Below, in pieces: positions 38,701 to 51,954 of a stretch of DNA of 64,000 bases. The stretch spans positions 65,474,001 to 65,538,000 of the forward strand of contig NC_045697.1 in NCBI RefSeq assembly GCF_009834535.1. The letters are read 5' to 3'. The translations under genes were made by a program, and so were the position numbers. The first letter of the stretch is position 1; each line of letters starts with the position of its first letter. The DNA is from Camelus ferus. Taxonomy: Eukaryota. The notes under the pieces were generated by a model. The model was not told the origin of the DNA and did not search any database. It saw only the letters and a program-made list of their open reading frames with translations.

Positions 38701-40734
38701 CATCATGCTGGAAGGTGCATTTGTGATTCTTGCATGTTTTAAAACTTTGAGCAAAAAATTGCAGGTTTTCTGTGTGATGGAAGTTAGCATGAGGAAATGA
38801 TCTTTACATTTTTAGTGGTTTTTTGGGTAGGTTTGAAGGGCTTTTTTTTTTTTTCTTTTCTCTTATTTATTTTTAACCATTACTAGTGGCATGAAATGGG
38901 AAAGTGAAATGTTTGGACTCATTTTTTTCCCATTGATTCTTATGTAGGGTAACATAGTCTGTAGTTCAATTAAAAATAACAAGCTGCTATGTTGTTCTGA
39001 GCCAAATGTAATCGCCAAGACCATGGTCAATAAAACACTCAAGAAAATGAAGTATTGAGGCTGAATAGTCTGAAGTCTACTGGGGAATAAAGAAGCAACC
39101 GATTAGCATTTGAAAGCAAGGTCTTTTAATTTTTTAAAAGTCAAGGAGAATTAAAAAAAAAGTGATCACTCATCAAGAACAAAGAGTTTGAAAATTATCT
39201 CACCTATGTTTTATGAGTCCTTTCAACTTTTAAGAATGACCTTTGGTCATCAGCCCCAAGAACAAGATGCTTTTCTGTACATGTAATAATGTTACATTTG
39301 GGAATACACTCGTAGTTTATCTACTGAGGAATGCAGGAATAAACAGGACCAATGCTTAGTGTTTTGTCTCTCTAAGTAAGATTTGCTCCGGCCAATGAAA
39401 GATGTTACGGGTGGTAAGTGTTACATCTGGTTTTAGGATAAACATTCCAGTTTATTATGCAATAAAATACAGTGGTGGAAAAAAGTTTCATACATCTTTA
39501 CATTTTTCAGTAAATTATGAGAACCTCCTTCTAATTCCATAATACGTGTCCCCATAATTAATTCAGTACCTAATAAGTCCATCTCCGCATTCCTGATCAG
39601 AGCTGGCACAGAAGTTATTTTTATATGCCTTTTTATTAATTTGAATAACACTTCTAGTAATCTTCTTTTCTATACTTATTAATTCTTGAAACACAGAATA
39701 TTGTCTTTGCAGCTTTAAACTCAGACTTCTCAACAATCTGTAAATCCCCACAGATTTGTTTCTTGCTTTTAAATATCAGCACCTTCTGCTTTCTACTCTT
39801 AATGTTTCTGCCCTCTATGCAGGAGATCTTTTCTTTTAAGTTTCCTACTGTGCTTCGTAATGAAATCAAAAGAAAAACGTATATCCTCCAGAAAGCATTC
39901 AGGTCACTAAAAATAGAAAACCTGTCACCTTATTCCTAAAACCTTAGATCAGGCAGGCCAGTGGCAGAATAGTGAGTGCAGTTTCTACAAAAGGTCTAGA
40001 GTGGTGTTAGCAAAATTATTATGACCTTGTTATCTCCAGATGTCCTTTGAAGAAAAAGACTCTGTTCAAAAAAAAAAAGGTTTGGTGCTGTTGGGAGGCT
40101 TCCTCTACCCTCTTAGGTGCATATATTTGGGGGCCTGCAAATCAACTGACAGCAGGAAAAAAGTAAGATTCGTTTGCATGTGCACATGGAAGTCACTCAG
40201 TAATTCAGCAATGAATAACTTGCTGGATATCCAGAGGTAAAGGATATCAAACCAATTAACAAGAGGGTAGGGGGTGGAGTTCAGGGTCCGTTGTTGGTTT
40301 TGTGTGTGTGCTAATGGGAATGAGAAGTCTGTCTCCTTCCAGGAATTTGCAGGAATCTCTCTCCTTTGGAGTCAGTTTAATGGCAGCTGCGTCTTCAGGA
40401 GGCTCTGCTTTAGTTAGGTATGGGAAGTTCAGATAAGATTTCAAATGCTTTCACTTTAAAATAATCTTTATGCCAAAACTTTAATCCCATCAATATGCTG
40501 ACCAAAGTTGAATTATGACTTAGAAGAAAGTATAGATAGCTCTACTTAGAAATGAAAAGGAATTTGGAGATATAGAGAGGACTAAGAGACAGAAAGAGAT
40601 TAGTTTTGATACTATCATGTGTTCAAAGACTGTAGCCCAAGTTCTTTCTCTTTGATATGCCGTGTAATTTCTGTACCTCCTCCCCAACCCCAAACACACA
40701 TACATACCCAAATGCTGGTGAAGGCAGTCTAAAT

Positions 40735-40950
40735 TCATGGTTAAGAATACAGGCTTTAGCATCAGACAACATTGGATTCACATTTTTTCTTACTAGTTTA
40801 TAAGCTTAGATACATAACTTATCGACTCTACCCCCAAATCTCAGTTCTCTCATTTGTGAAATGACAATAACTGTACCAGAGCATTCCAAGAATTAAATGA
40901 GGTAATGAATAGAAAGTAATAAAGATGATGACAGGCATAATGTAAGTTTT
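40735..40950 (+). mobile_element. MIR SINE
   Basis: tggttaagaatacaggctttagcatcagac ... ctcagttctctcatttgtgaaatg ... aattaaatgaggtaatg. Confidence 0.75.
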
Positions 40951-41801
40951 TGATGTTATTGTTGTTTTATTTGCTTCCTCCCTGAGCCTGAAAATAGGCT
41001 TTATATAAAAAGTGTTCTTTGACCCTGAATCCCCCTTATTCTACTAATTCTTTCTAATGCAAAAGTCTCAGACTCCAGTTCTGTCTCCACTTCATCATGT
41101 ATTTTTATCCTCAAACAACTGGCTTCTATTGGCTTTCATTTTGACTTCTCCAAAGAAACTGCTTTTCAAAATGTGTTCATGATCTCCTACCTGACCAATG
41201 AAATGGATGCTTTCAGGCCTTATCTCTCTGGACTTCTCACCTGTGCTGAAGTCCACCAGCAACTAGTTCCTTCTTGAAACCCTGTCCTTTCTTGCATCCC
41301 CCAACGATGTCTTCCCCTCATTTTGCCAGATCTCTATTCCTTCTGCATCCTTCGTTGGAGTCTCTTCTTCCAGAATTTCATCCCTAACCCCTTTCTATCC
41401 TTTACACCTGAATGACTTCATTTACTGTCTTGAAAATTATAAATAGATTTTTATTTCCAACTTTGGCCTCCCCTTCATGCTTCAGACTCATTTATCCAAC
41501 AAATGTTGAAACAAGTATTACATATTCAATGACAAAAACTTAGAAAATGTGGAAAACAAAAATTAACAACAAAATCATCATAATTCCTCCATTGAAAACT
41601 TAACTATATTTTAATGTCTGTCACTTACTAGCTAAACAAAATTAAGTTATTTTATCCATAAAAATGGAAGTAATTATGGTTCTAAACTCATAAGACTGCT
41701 ATACATAAATATTCAAAAAGCATCTGCAAGTGCCCAGCACTCAGTAAGTCCTGTATGGATGTTTGCAATTATTTTTACATTAAAAAATTTTAAATGCCCA
41801 T

Positions 41802-42156
41802 TGTTATGTACTGAATGTTTGTGTCCCACCAAAATTCATATGTTGAAGCATAATTCCCAATGCAGTGGTATTTGGATGTGGAGCCTTGGAGTTACAGTAA
41901 GTAGGTCATGAGAGTGGAGCCCTCATGAATTAGATTAGTGCCCGGACAAGAAGAAACATGAGAAAGATGATCTCTCTGCTTTCTGCCTTGTGAGGCAGAG
42001 AAAGCAAGCTCTCATCAGACACTGGATCTGTCGCCACACTGATCGTGGACTTCCTAGCCTTCACAGCTGTGAGAAATAAATGTTTGTTGTTTAAGCCACC
42101 CAGTCTATGGTAATTTGTTATAGCAGCCTGAATTGACTAACACACACACACACACA
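41802..42156 (+). mobile_element. MaLR solo LTR (MLT1A/A0-like) ending in (CA)8
   Basis: tgttatgtactgaatgtttgtgtcccaccaaaattcatatgttgaa ... gagaaataaatgtttgttgtttaagccacccagtctatgg; perfect TSD CCCAT (41797-41801 / 42157-42161). Confidence 0.9.
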
Positions 42157-43409
42157 CCCATACTCATGAGTAGTTTGTACATTTTCTTCCCATTCAGCAA
42201 TATACACATGAATATTTTAATGTAAATAAATACTCTTTATAAAGCAGATGTGATTAGTGGTTTTTTTTCAGCCACTTAATTAGTTATCTTTACAGGTGCC
42301 CCCAAATTCCATTAATTTATTCAGAGTTATATAAAATTCCAGGAATGCCAACTGAAACTCAACATTTTCATGTCTCATTTACTGAAATATTTTGGAATGC
42401 AAAGGAACGTAATGTTTTTACAGTGATATTTTGAATCTCTCTATAAGACAAACAAAGAAAAACAAACCAATCCCAAACTTTAAAATATTCTTCCTGGTTT
42501 AAAAAAAAAAAAACCCTCCTATGGCCCAATTCGAAGCAAATAACTATGTTATCAGGGCATTGAGACACTGAGATTGACAACTGAATGTACTGTGTAGTAG
42601 TCTATCATACAGATATTTTAAAAAAGCAGTCCCTAATCGTTGGTTATTTAGTTTGTTTTCAAGTTCTCACTAGGGAAGTTGCAGTAAACATTCTTTTAGA
42701 TACATACCGATGCTCACTTATGACTACCTCCTTAGATATAAAATTACCAGAAGAAATAATATGAAAATTGGAAGATACTTGCTTCCTACTGTGAATCTGT
42801 TTGCTTAAAAAGCTGTACGAATTTTAACTTACATAAGTGGTGTATAAGAAAATCTGCTTCCTCAAATGTTTGCTGATAAACATTAACATTCTTTTTAATT
42901 CTTGCCAATCTGATGAGCTATAAATAAAACAACTCATCTTATTTTAATTTGTATTTCCCGAAAGTGTATTCGGAGAACAAAATAAATAATTCACCCTTAA
43001 TGTTTGCTGTTGAACTTTGTCCTTTTAAAATGTAAGCTTTAAAGATTATGATGATTTTAATGATTGTTATTTCTTCTAATAAATATTATTTTTCTTTTAG
43101 CTGATTGTATGAGTCACAAGCATGCAGGAAAAAAAAGGGCACATTTTTCTTCTATTAAATTTGAATGTGTATTAATTTTGTATTTAGGGCTGTAGATTTG
43201 TACAAAATAGTATCTTTAATTCTGTACTGAACATTCACCCTGAGGACTCTGGTCTATTGATTGAAAATTTTAGTCCCTCTAATAGAATTATGATGCATAC
43301 TCCCAGTGAAAAACATTCAGGTAAAGTCTTAGAAGTCCATATGCTTCTAAAGACTGAGGCCACCACTGAGGGTTTCCAGGAATTTTGGCATAGCATTACA
43401 TCACTTCTC

Positions 43410-44140
43410 ACTGAGTACTTATAACCCCACATCCAATATATCAGGGAGTCCCATCAGCTCTACCTTCAAAAGATACTCACAATCCAGTTGCTTCTCATCA
43501 AGTCCATTTTACTGCCTAGCTCACTGCTTTATTGCAAAGGACTCCTAATTGTTCTCCTAGCTTTCATCCTTGCCCCTTCCAGTCTATTGTCAATAGCAAT
43601 GATCAACTGTCTAATAAAGTGTTCAAACATAGCAGATCACAGCCCTCTCTGCTCAGAGCCCGTCAGGCTGCCCATCTCAGTCCAAGCAAGGACTAAAGTC
43701 ATCACGGGGACTTAAAGGTACTGTTTAAGCTCCACCAACACACACCCCCATTTACCTCTCAGACATCTCCTGTCTGAGCCTAGCTCCCTCAGTTCCTGCC
43801 ACACAAGTGTCCTGTCTCTCAGTCATGTCAGAGAGACTCCTGCCTGACACATTTGCACTCACTCTGTCTTCAGTCTGAAATGCCCTTTCTACAGAAGCCC
43901 GTCCTACTTAAAGTTACACTTTCTCACGTGCTCTTTTGTTCTTATTATTTGTTTAACTTTCTCCTACAGTCCTTATCATCATCTGACCTAAAATATATAT
44001 CACTTATTTTGTTTACTGTCTATCACTCCCATTAGAATGTAGGTCTGCAAGGATAGAGATGTCTGTTAATTGTTTGCTTTGTCTTCTGTTGTATTTCTAG
44101 TGTGCGCCTGGCATTAACACTCCTGAATGACTGAATAAAT
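43410..44140 (+). mobile_element. LINE-2 (L2a-like) 3' fragment
   Basis: ccccacatccaatatatcagggagtcccatcagctctaccttcaaaa ... cagatcacagccctctctgctcagagccc ... aataaatatctgaatt. Confidence 0.78.
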
Positions 44141-46644
44141 ATCTGAATTGCTGCTATTCTCCTATAAGTAATATTATTTTGGATAGATATACCATCGGTC
44201 CTATACATTCCAAGTTTAATTTTATGGCTCTTCACTGTATTCTGATATTTCATTAGCTTCAGTTTATATTTATTAAATATTTTTAAACCCTGACATAGAC
44301 AAAGTCTTATCATAAAGCCCTGCTGACATTTATTAACATTACTGTTCTTGACAGTATTTTTATAGAAATATGACTGTATCAAGCAGAGAGTTTGTGAGCA
44401 TTATCATCATTTTGAAGTAAAATGTTACCAAGTTTTTCAGTTAAATATTTTGTAGACCTCTGGCATTTGGTACAGCCAATCACTCCTCACGGCTGCAGTA
44501 TTCTGTATCTCAAAATGTGTTCTTGATAGTTTTCTTTGAGATAACTGCCCTTACAAAGTACTCTGTACCTGGTAGACTTTCAAAAACATTTATGGAATAG
44601 AATTGATTCTTGCATGTGGCTGTGCACTTGTAAGATTCACTAAGGTGTTAAATTTAGCAAAATAATGAAGACTTGGACCAAACAAACAAAGTATTATCTA
44701 GCACTCATATTCAGAAGGCAAACAAAAAGTCTGGTATTTCTAAGTTTGTATATGGTAATCATGTGGTCCATAAAAATCTAACTTCCTAAAATGTATTTTC
44801 AAATGCATGCTAGGGAAAAACCAATAAATGAAAACTAATATACTTAGAATTGCTGTGATTACCTTTTGTCCTTCATAACCTTGTATTCCCAGTTGCATTA
44901 TCCTGTATTCCTTTCAGGTTCTCATGAAAACAAAATGAACATTTTTTTGTTTTGTTTTGCCACTCTCCATTAAGTGACTAAAATGTAGCCATTTCATAAT
45001 TTGAAAGGAATTATAAAATCGAACATTTTATTGTAAAAATTAATTACCTTGCATATGAATAGCTTTAACTTTATGTTCAATTTAAAGTATTTTTTCACTT
45101 AAATAATTGCTTCCAAAATAGGAATGAGAAATACTATGTAAGATACGGCTTTAGGAAGTCAGAATGACTAAATATTTGTATTTGCTTCGATCATAACTTG
45201 AATCTTATTGTCTTTGAATCTTATTGAATTTATTGATAGAAATATTTAATCAAAGATTTTAAAAGATGAGTTTAGTGCAATGGTTTCTAAACCTTTGCTC
45301 CTCCGTTAAATCCTCCTGCAGAAACTCTTTTTAAAATGTTTCCATTGCATACCACTGCAACCTGCTTTTCTTCTCTCCACACAATCCAGGTAATCTTCTT
45401 TTACAACACCTAGATTGTTTATTCCTCTCCTGTTCCTCACTTTTGTTTTCCTACCCTGGTATTTTGATATCTTTTTAAAAACAAACTCCATACCTGTCAC
45501 CTTTTTAAACTTATAGTAGTTTCTAATATTTGTATATGGTCTATAAAAAATAATGAGGTTTTTCCAATGAGAATGGTGGTCATTAATTCTGCCATGTATC
45601 ACAGTGGAATGTGTCATTCCTCAGCAAAATATAAGCTCACAACTGTGTGCGAAGACAGCTCTTGTTTGCTTTGGCTAGGAGCATGGTTTATGGGGAAAAA
45701 AAATTTAAACAGGTCATTAAGAAATATTCCGGTTCTCTCGTTAATGTCTTTGAGCTGTGTGTGTGAGCAGAATTGCTTAGTTTTGGGCACCCTGGCATTC
45801 TGTAAGATTGCACGTTTAGAAACCTCTGAACAGTAAAGCCTTGGCAGTATAGCTTGTCATTAGCACCTATCAAAAATGTCAGATGCTTTTTTTTCAAACT
45901 CTATCACTAGCAACAATATTGCATAGTTATTAAAATATGGGAATTAACTACAAAATCTGCAAGTTGCAAACAGTGTTGTAAATCAACTAAGCAATTAGCA
46001 TAATATTTTTTAAGTGACTGAATACAAATTCAGAATTATGAAGTTATTATCTAATAACCCAACAAGTGATGTGAATAAATCCTTGCTAATATGAAAATTA
46101 TCAACCACTGAAACACACTTTTCTACAAACAGGTCTATGGATCCTCATGCTCATGCATTTAGATTGATAAACTACAGGCATTCTGTGAAAGCTTCATTTA
46201 TTCCAGTTGCTGAGGATTGTGCTTAGAGAATCTGTCAACCAAATAATCTGCAAATCCAAGTCTGCAATTTGTTTTCATTTAATAGGCAGACAAGTTTTCA
46301 CCAGTTTATACTCAGTCCTATTTGGAGCTAATTGCTGGAAAGTGAATTTTAAAAGCAGAATTTTATCATTTCTTGTTTCCTCCCTCTGTCCCTATAATAG
46401 AAGACTCAAAGCCACCAAATGCACTTCAAAAATATATTTAAGTAGGCGCAGGCCATAATTGCCTGTCAACTGCATGGTTGCAAAGGACCCCTAGTCCTGG
46501 TTCCTGCCACAGTCACTCAACACTTTCTCTGAAATTACTTTCTGATTATGCTATTTCCCTTCTGCAAAGCTCCAGTTCCTTAACAAATAAAACGCAGTAA
46601 CTTTAATATGGCTTCAATACCCTCATTATCTACTCCCATTTAAC

Positions 46645-47420
46645 ATACTTTTTCTTTCTTTGTATTGAAATGTGTAACACTCATACAGAAAAAAAGTTTA
46701 AACCATTAATTACTTAATAATAAAGTAATAAGCAGATAACCACTGCCTAAAATGAAAAATAGAATATTGTCATTACCACAGAAATCATCTTTCCTTGTTC
46801 ATCTTTCTAATCATACCCTCCCCAGCATCCCAGAGCCAATCACCCAGAGGTGACCACTTTCTTGATTTTCTTTATAGTGTCTTCACCCAGATGTGAATCC
46901 TTAAATAAATGGTCATTTTACTGTTACAACTATGGAATCAAATTGTCTTCTTTGAGTATTGCTTTTTTCATTCAATATGATTCTTTTAAACGTTCATTCA
47001 TGTTATTGTGTATCACTCTGCTTTCTTCAATTTTCAGCTGTTTACTATTACATTGCATCAATATACCACAATATATTTATCTTTTCCATGTTGATGGACA
47101 TTTGGATTTTTAGATTATTTCTAGATTTGGGTTGTTACAATCAACGCTGATATAATATACATTCGTGGGCATATATTTTGGTGCCCAAGATTCACTAGTG
47201 TTCAAACTTCAGGAGTGAAGTTACTGGGACATGGCTGTCTATATCTTCATACTAGATAAGTGTTTCCGTAACACTCAGAAACAAGCAAAGCGAACTTGCT
47301 TATAAAGATTTCAGTCTCTGCTAGATATGTCAAAATGTTTTCCAAAGTGGTTGTACCAATTTAAACATACAGCAGGAGTCATGATAGCTCTTATTTCTTC
47401 TTAATTCTAATTCTACAGTA
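46645..47420 (-). mobile_element. Ancient L1 (L1ME-like) 3' fragment
   Basis: T-rich tail; attgcatcaatataccacaatatattt ... ttgatggacatttgga ... ttttccaaagtggttgtaccaattta. Confidence 0.7.
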
Positions 47421-50400
47421 GCACTTCTTATAATTTCCAATTTCCTGCCCTGCCAAAAAATTTCCCTTTATTTCCTTAAAAACTGTAAATATAATTCTCA
47501 TGATATGAATCTGAAGTTTTCAGAATCTGTGTTCTTACGGTACGCTAGTTCTATACATGCGATGTAATTTCCTTTTACATGTTACTTTGACGTTTGCTTT
47601 GAACATTGTATTAAACCAGTTATTTGAAGGAATAATGTAAGACCTAAAATGAAAATACTGTCCTCCTAAAAGATTTTTATTTTTTTCTGCCAGGAATCTG
47701 GAGTCTGTAAATGTCACATCACTTTAAATTGCATTAAAATACAAGACAAATTATGGCATCCTAGATTTTAATCCATAGGTTGCAAAATTTGAGGTCCAAA
47801 GAAATAAAGCTGAAGTAAGATGAATTCTGATAATGCCTTCCTCTTCTGTAACTTGCTACATTACATTGAGTTGAAACTTTTGTTTCTAATTTTTCTTATC
47901 TGTTAAAATAGTACATGGCTTGTAACCCCCAAAATGGTGATTGTCGTTTTTTTTTTTTTTTTAACAATTTCCTTTGTATTTCTCTGGTGTTTTGTTTATA
48001 CAAGTTATGTTTTTCCAGTATGTTGCTTTTGTTTTGCTCTGTGTTTTTCCTGGGTACATGGCTTTTCAATACTAGGTTATAATTATTTTAAAAGTAATGT
48101 CCATGACTTTCTATCATAATTCTCACTATATTGAGTATAATAACTTGATGCAGTAACTGCTCGATACATGTTAAATATATTTGAGTCAGTGAGTGAATAA
48201 ATTTTGGAAGTAGGTGCATAGATAAAAGTGGGTAAACCAAACTCAGTACTGCCATAGAGAAGGAACTAGTATCTTTTCTATTTTAGGTTCCAGAGCTTCT
48301 ATCAAATATCTATTGCTGTGTTTATCTGTCCAATATATTGGCTGATTGCCCTCATAAGGAAGGACTGGTCTGAGTAGGATTTATGAGTAGTGATCAAAAT
48401 GTGTAATAGAGCTTAAAAATAAATCTTAAAGCAGTGATCTAGAAGAGAAGTGGTAAGATGTAATAAAAGTTTATTTAGGATGTAAAATTTAAAAAGCATG
48501 CTCATTAATAATTCATCAGCCCTCTTTAAAAGAACCCTTAGTATAACCGTGTTTATTCTGCACCTTTAATCAATTGTAGCTGATGTTGCTGGGAGCAGGT
48601 TTTGACAATAGATTTCCATAAGGGATCCATTTGCCTAGGAATTTATTTATAAAGTTGGAATTAAAAATCATTTCTAGGGGGAAATTCAGCATATTAAGCA
48701 AATGTAATGTAGTTTAGCAAATTAAACAATTGTTCTAAAGATGTACAAATAAAAATGAAAAGAATCAATATTTCATATGACAGCATACATTGGGATGTTA
48801 TTTTGCCACATCGATCAGTTAGCTCTGCATTACAGTTAATAGTATTCTTAATTTTTTAAGTGTCACGTTAAAGAGTGGCATTCCATTTCTTGGTGATAAA
48901 ATTGCTGCTGAACCTAAGAGATTTGTTAGATGTTAAAGGTCATGGATAAATGGAGAATATATATGGTCCAAAATTATTGGTAGAGGAACCAGTCAAATAA
49001 AATCTTTCATGAATCATCTTTCCATTGGTTTGTCAATGGATAGATGTTCAAAATACAGAAATGAATGAGTTGTGTATAAGGAAATAAGTGCATGCTCTCA
49101 GCATTTACAAGATACTGTAAACAATCAGTGTCCAGTTAAGACTAGAATTTTGTGGTCTTATTTATATGCTCTCTGAATATGATCTTTATTTTGGAATTTC
49201 TTCAACCCATCCTGATTCTAATGACCTCATGATCTACTTTACAGTATTTGTGCAATGCGTAGGTTTGTACTTGTCCAAACAAGCAAATGAACAGAAGCAA
49301 ATTCTGCCATATTATCTGGAAGTTTATATTTGGAATCAAAGAGATGTTATGTATTTTACACACAATATTAAAGATTAAGTTTTTACTTTTCACTCATTTT
49401 ATGTCACTTAGATTAAACAAGTCAGTATTTACAAGGTTTTATTCATTCCCCAAATTCTCATCTATTCATCTATTAGTCTATCAATGTTCATTAGTATCAA
49501 ACAGAAAAAATTAGGATCTTAACAGTAAGAAATTGAACTTTTAAATTTTTCTTACATTCTAGAACCCTAGAAAGTTAGTCTGGGTGTGGTATAGCATTTC
49601 AAATGTCAAGGACAGACTCCAGTCTTGTTTTTCTCTTATATGTAATCTAAGATATTCACCAGAGCTCTAGACATTCTGTGTTCATTCCAGCTGGAAGAAG
49701 TAGAAAAAACATAAGAACAATTGCACAAAGCACCCGGCTTACATCCCATTTATCAGAATCAGTCACATGGTCTCACCTTGCCTAAAGGGAGACTATAGAT
49801 TGTCTTTATTGACAGTAGTGCTGAAATGAAAATATATAATTAATGAAGAAGAGGAGAACACCACTGGGGGACAAACAGCAGTCATTGCCTTTGGCTACTA
49901 TTCATTTACTGGTTTATTTTACTTGATAAGATATAAACAGTTAAACAAGACCAATTTTTCAAAAAAAAAAAAAAAGAAAACATCATTAATTTAGAAAACC
50001 AAGATTTTTTTTTTTTTTATTACAAACACCACAATATCAACATGGTTATCAGTGAGCATCATGCTCTCTCCTGGGCCTCTGAAGTGAAATGGGACATCTA
50101 AATAATTATTTACTCTATTTTCATTATTTTAAAAAAGGCACTACTGAACAAAATGAAGCTCTCTTGGCTCTGAACAAGTTGAAAATTTATCTCATGGTAA
50201 TTTTTACAGGAAAAGTGAATGGTATGGTGGGCAATATTACTATAATAGATGCAATGATTTTACAAAGCACTTAGCGTCTTTGAGTAAAAGCCAAAAGCAA
50301 AGTATTATTTTACAGCTCAATGAAGGCTATTTTGTGAGTCCCTAAGGAAAAATGATCCAAGGATAAAATTTTTTGGTATTCTGGCCGGTACCCAGGATAG

Positions 50401-51133
50401 ATTTTAACCTGCCCACAGGACTGGATAGACTATACACACTGTGAAAGGTTACCTGTAAATATTATTGTTGCTAAAAGATTTCTGAACAGGTTTAGGAAAT
50501 TAAGGAATAGATTATCTAATTTTCTGTAGTCTGCCAGCATGTATCAAACCAATTGAGCTCTCTTAACACCGGGTGTTCTAAAAAGTGAAAGGGGACTATT
50601 TGTTAACTGTAAGAGAGCAAAAATGCAAAAAGATAAAAGAGGTGGAAGTAGAAGCCAATTTGCTGAATTTTCTAAATTACACAAATTACCAAAAAGGTAA
50701 GTGAATTTCTCATAACAGTAGTCGAGAAATGACTTTTGCAATGAAATGCGTGTTTATATCGAAGTTTCATAATTACTTGGCAAATAACTTCCAGTAAATG
50801 TGATGATATACACTGTAGCTAAATTATATGTTCCTAGAAGTTTTTATCTTTTCAAAGAGATTTATGTAGATTATGTCTGTTAAATATTATCTTGCATATT
50901 TTTTACATATACAGATAATAACTGCCTGATGATAGAAACAATAAATCCATGGTCTCTTAAATATGATTTTATTATTGATGAATCTTAGGTTGGTCCTGAG
51001 ATGGCAAGAAAAATGAATTCATGGGGGTTTCTGAAATTTTGTAGTCACTTTCATCGAATTTGGTAATAACTAAATGAGAGATGACAAGAAATTGGGTGAA
51101 TTGACATTGTTTGATAAAATGATGCATTAATAA

Positions 51134-51493
<360 letters not shown>

Positions 51494-51954
51494 TGATTGG
51501 TTTATTATCACGTATCTAAAGGGTCACTATAACCCTTGGGAGCTAATTTCATATAAAATGAGTGCAAGACAAAGCACTGGGTGGCCATGTTGAGTGGAGA
51601 AGTCTCAACCAGTACTATTTCATGAACTTTGTGGAAGGAAAAAATGGTAACAATATAAAGCTAAATTTTTAAATATTCCTGATAATAGAAAAGTATCTAG
51701 AGCAAGGATTTACCTTTACCAAAGTTATACTCTAAACATTTTTTTCAGTATATGATAACTTGATGAAGTCATAATGCAATTTCCAAACACAATTCCTGTC
51801 ATTGTGTTCATTTTAAAATGCAGCTTTGAAGAATAAATAAATAAGATTCTGATCACTTAGGAACTAATCATTTAGTTCATGGATCTAAATAAGGTAAATT
51901 TATCCTTATATTTTACTCCTTGTTCTTGCAATTCTCAGAGAAGTATTTAAACTT

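Noticed and set aside
39095..39400. CCAAT-like boxes suggesting an internal promoter
   Set aside because: No CpG island or other core promoter context; pentamers are frequent by chance.
45198..45240. Local duplication TTGAATCTTATTG x2 plus a partial copy
   Set aside because: Ordinary slippage duplication with no functional indication.
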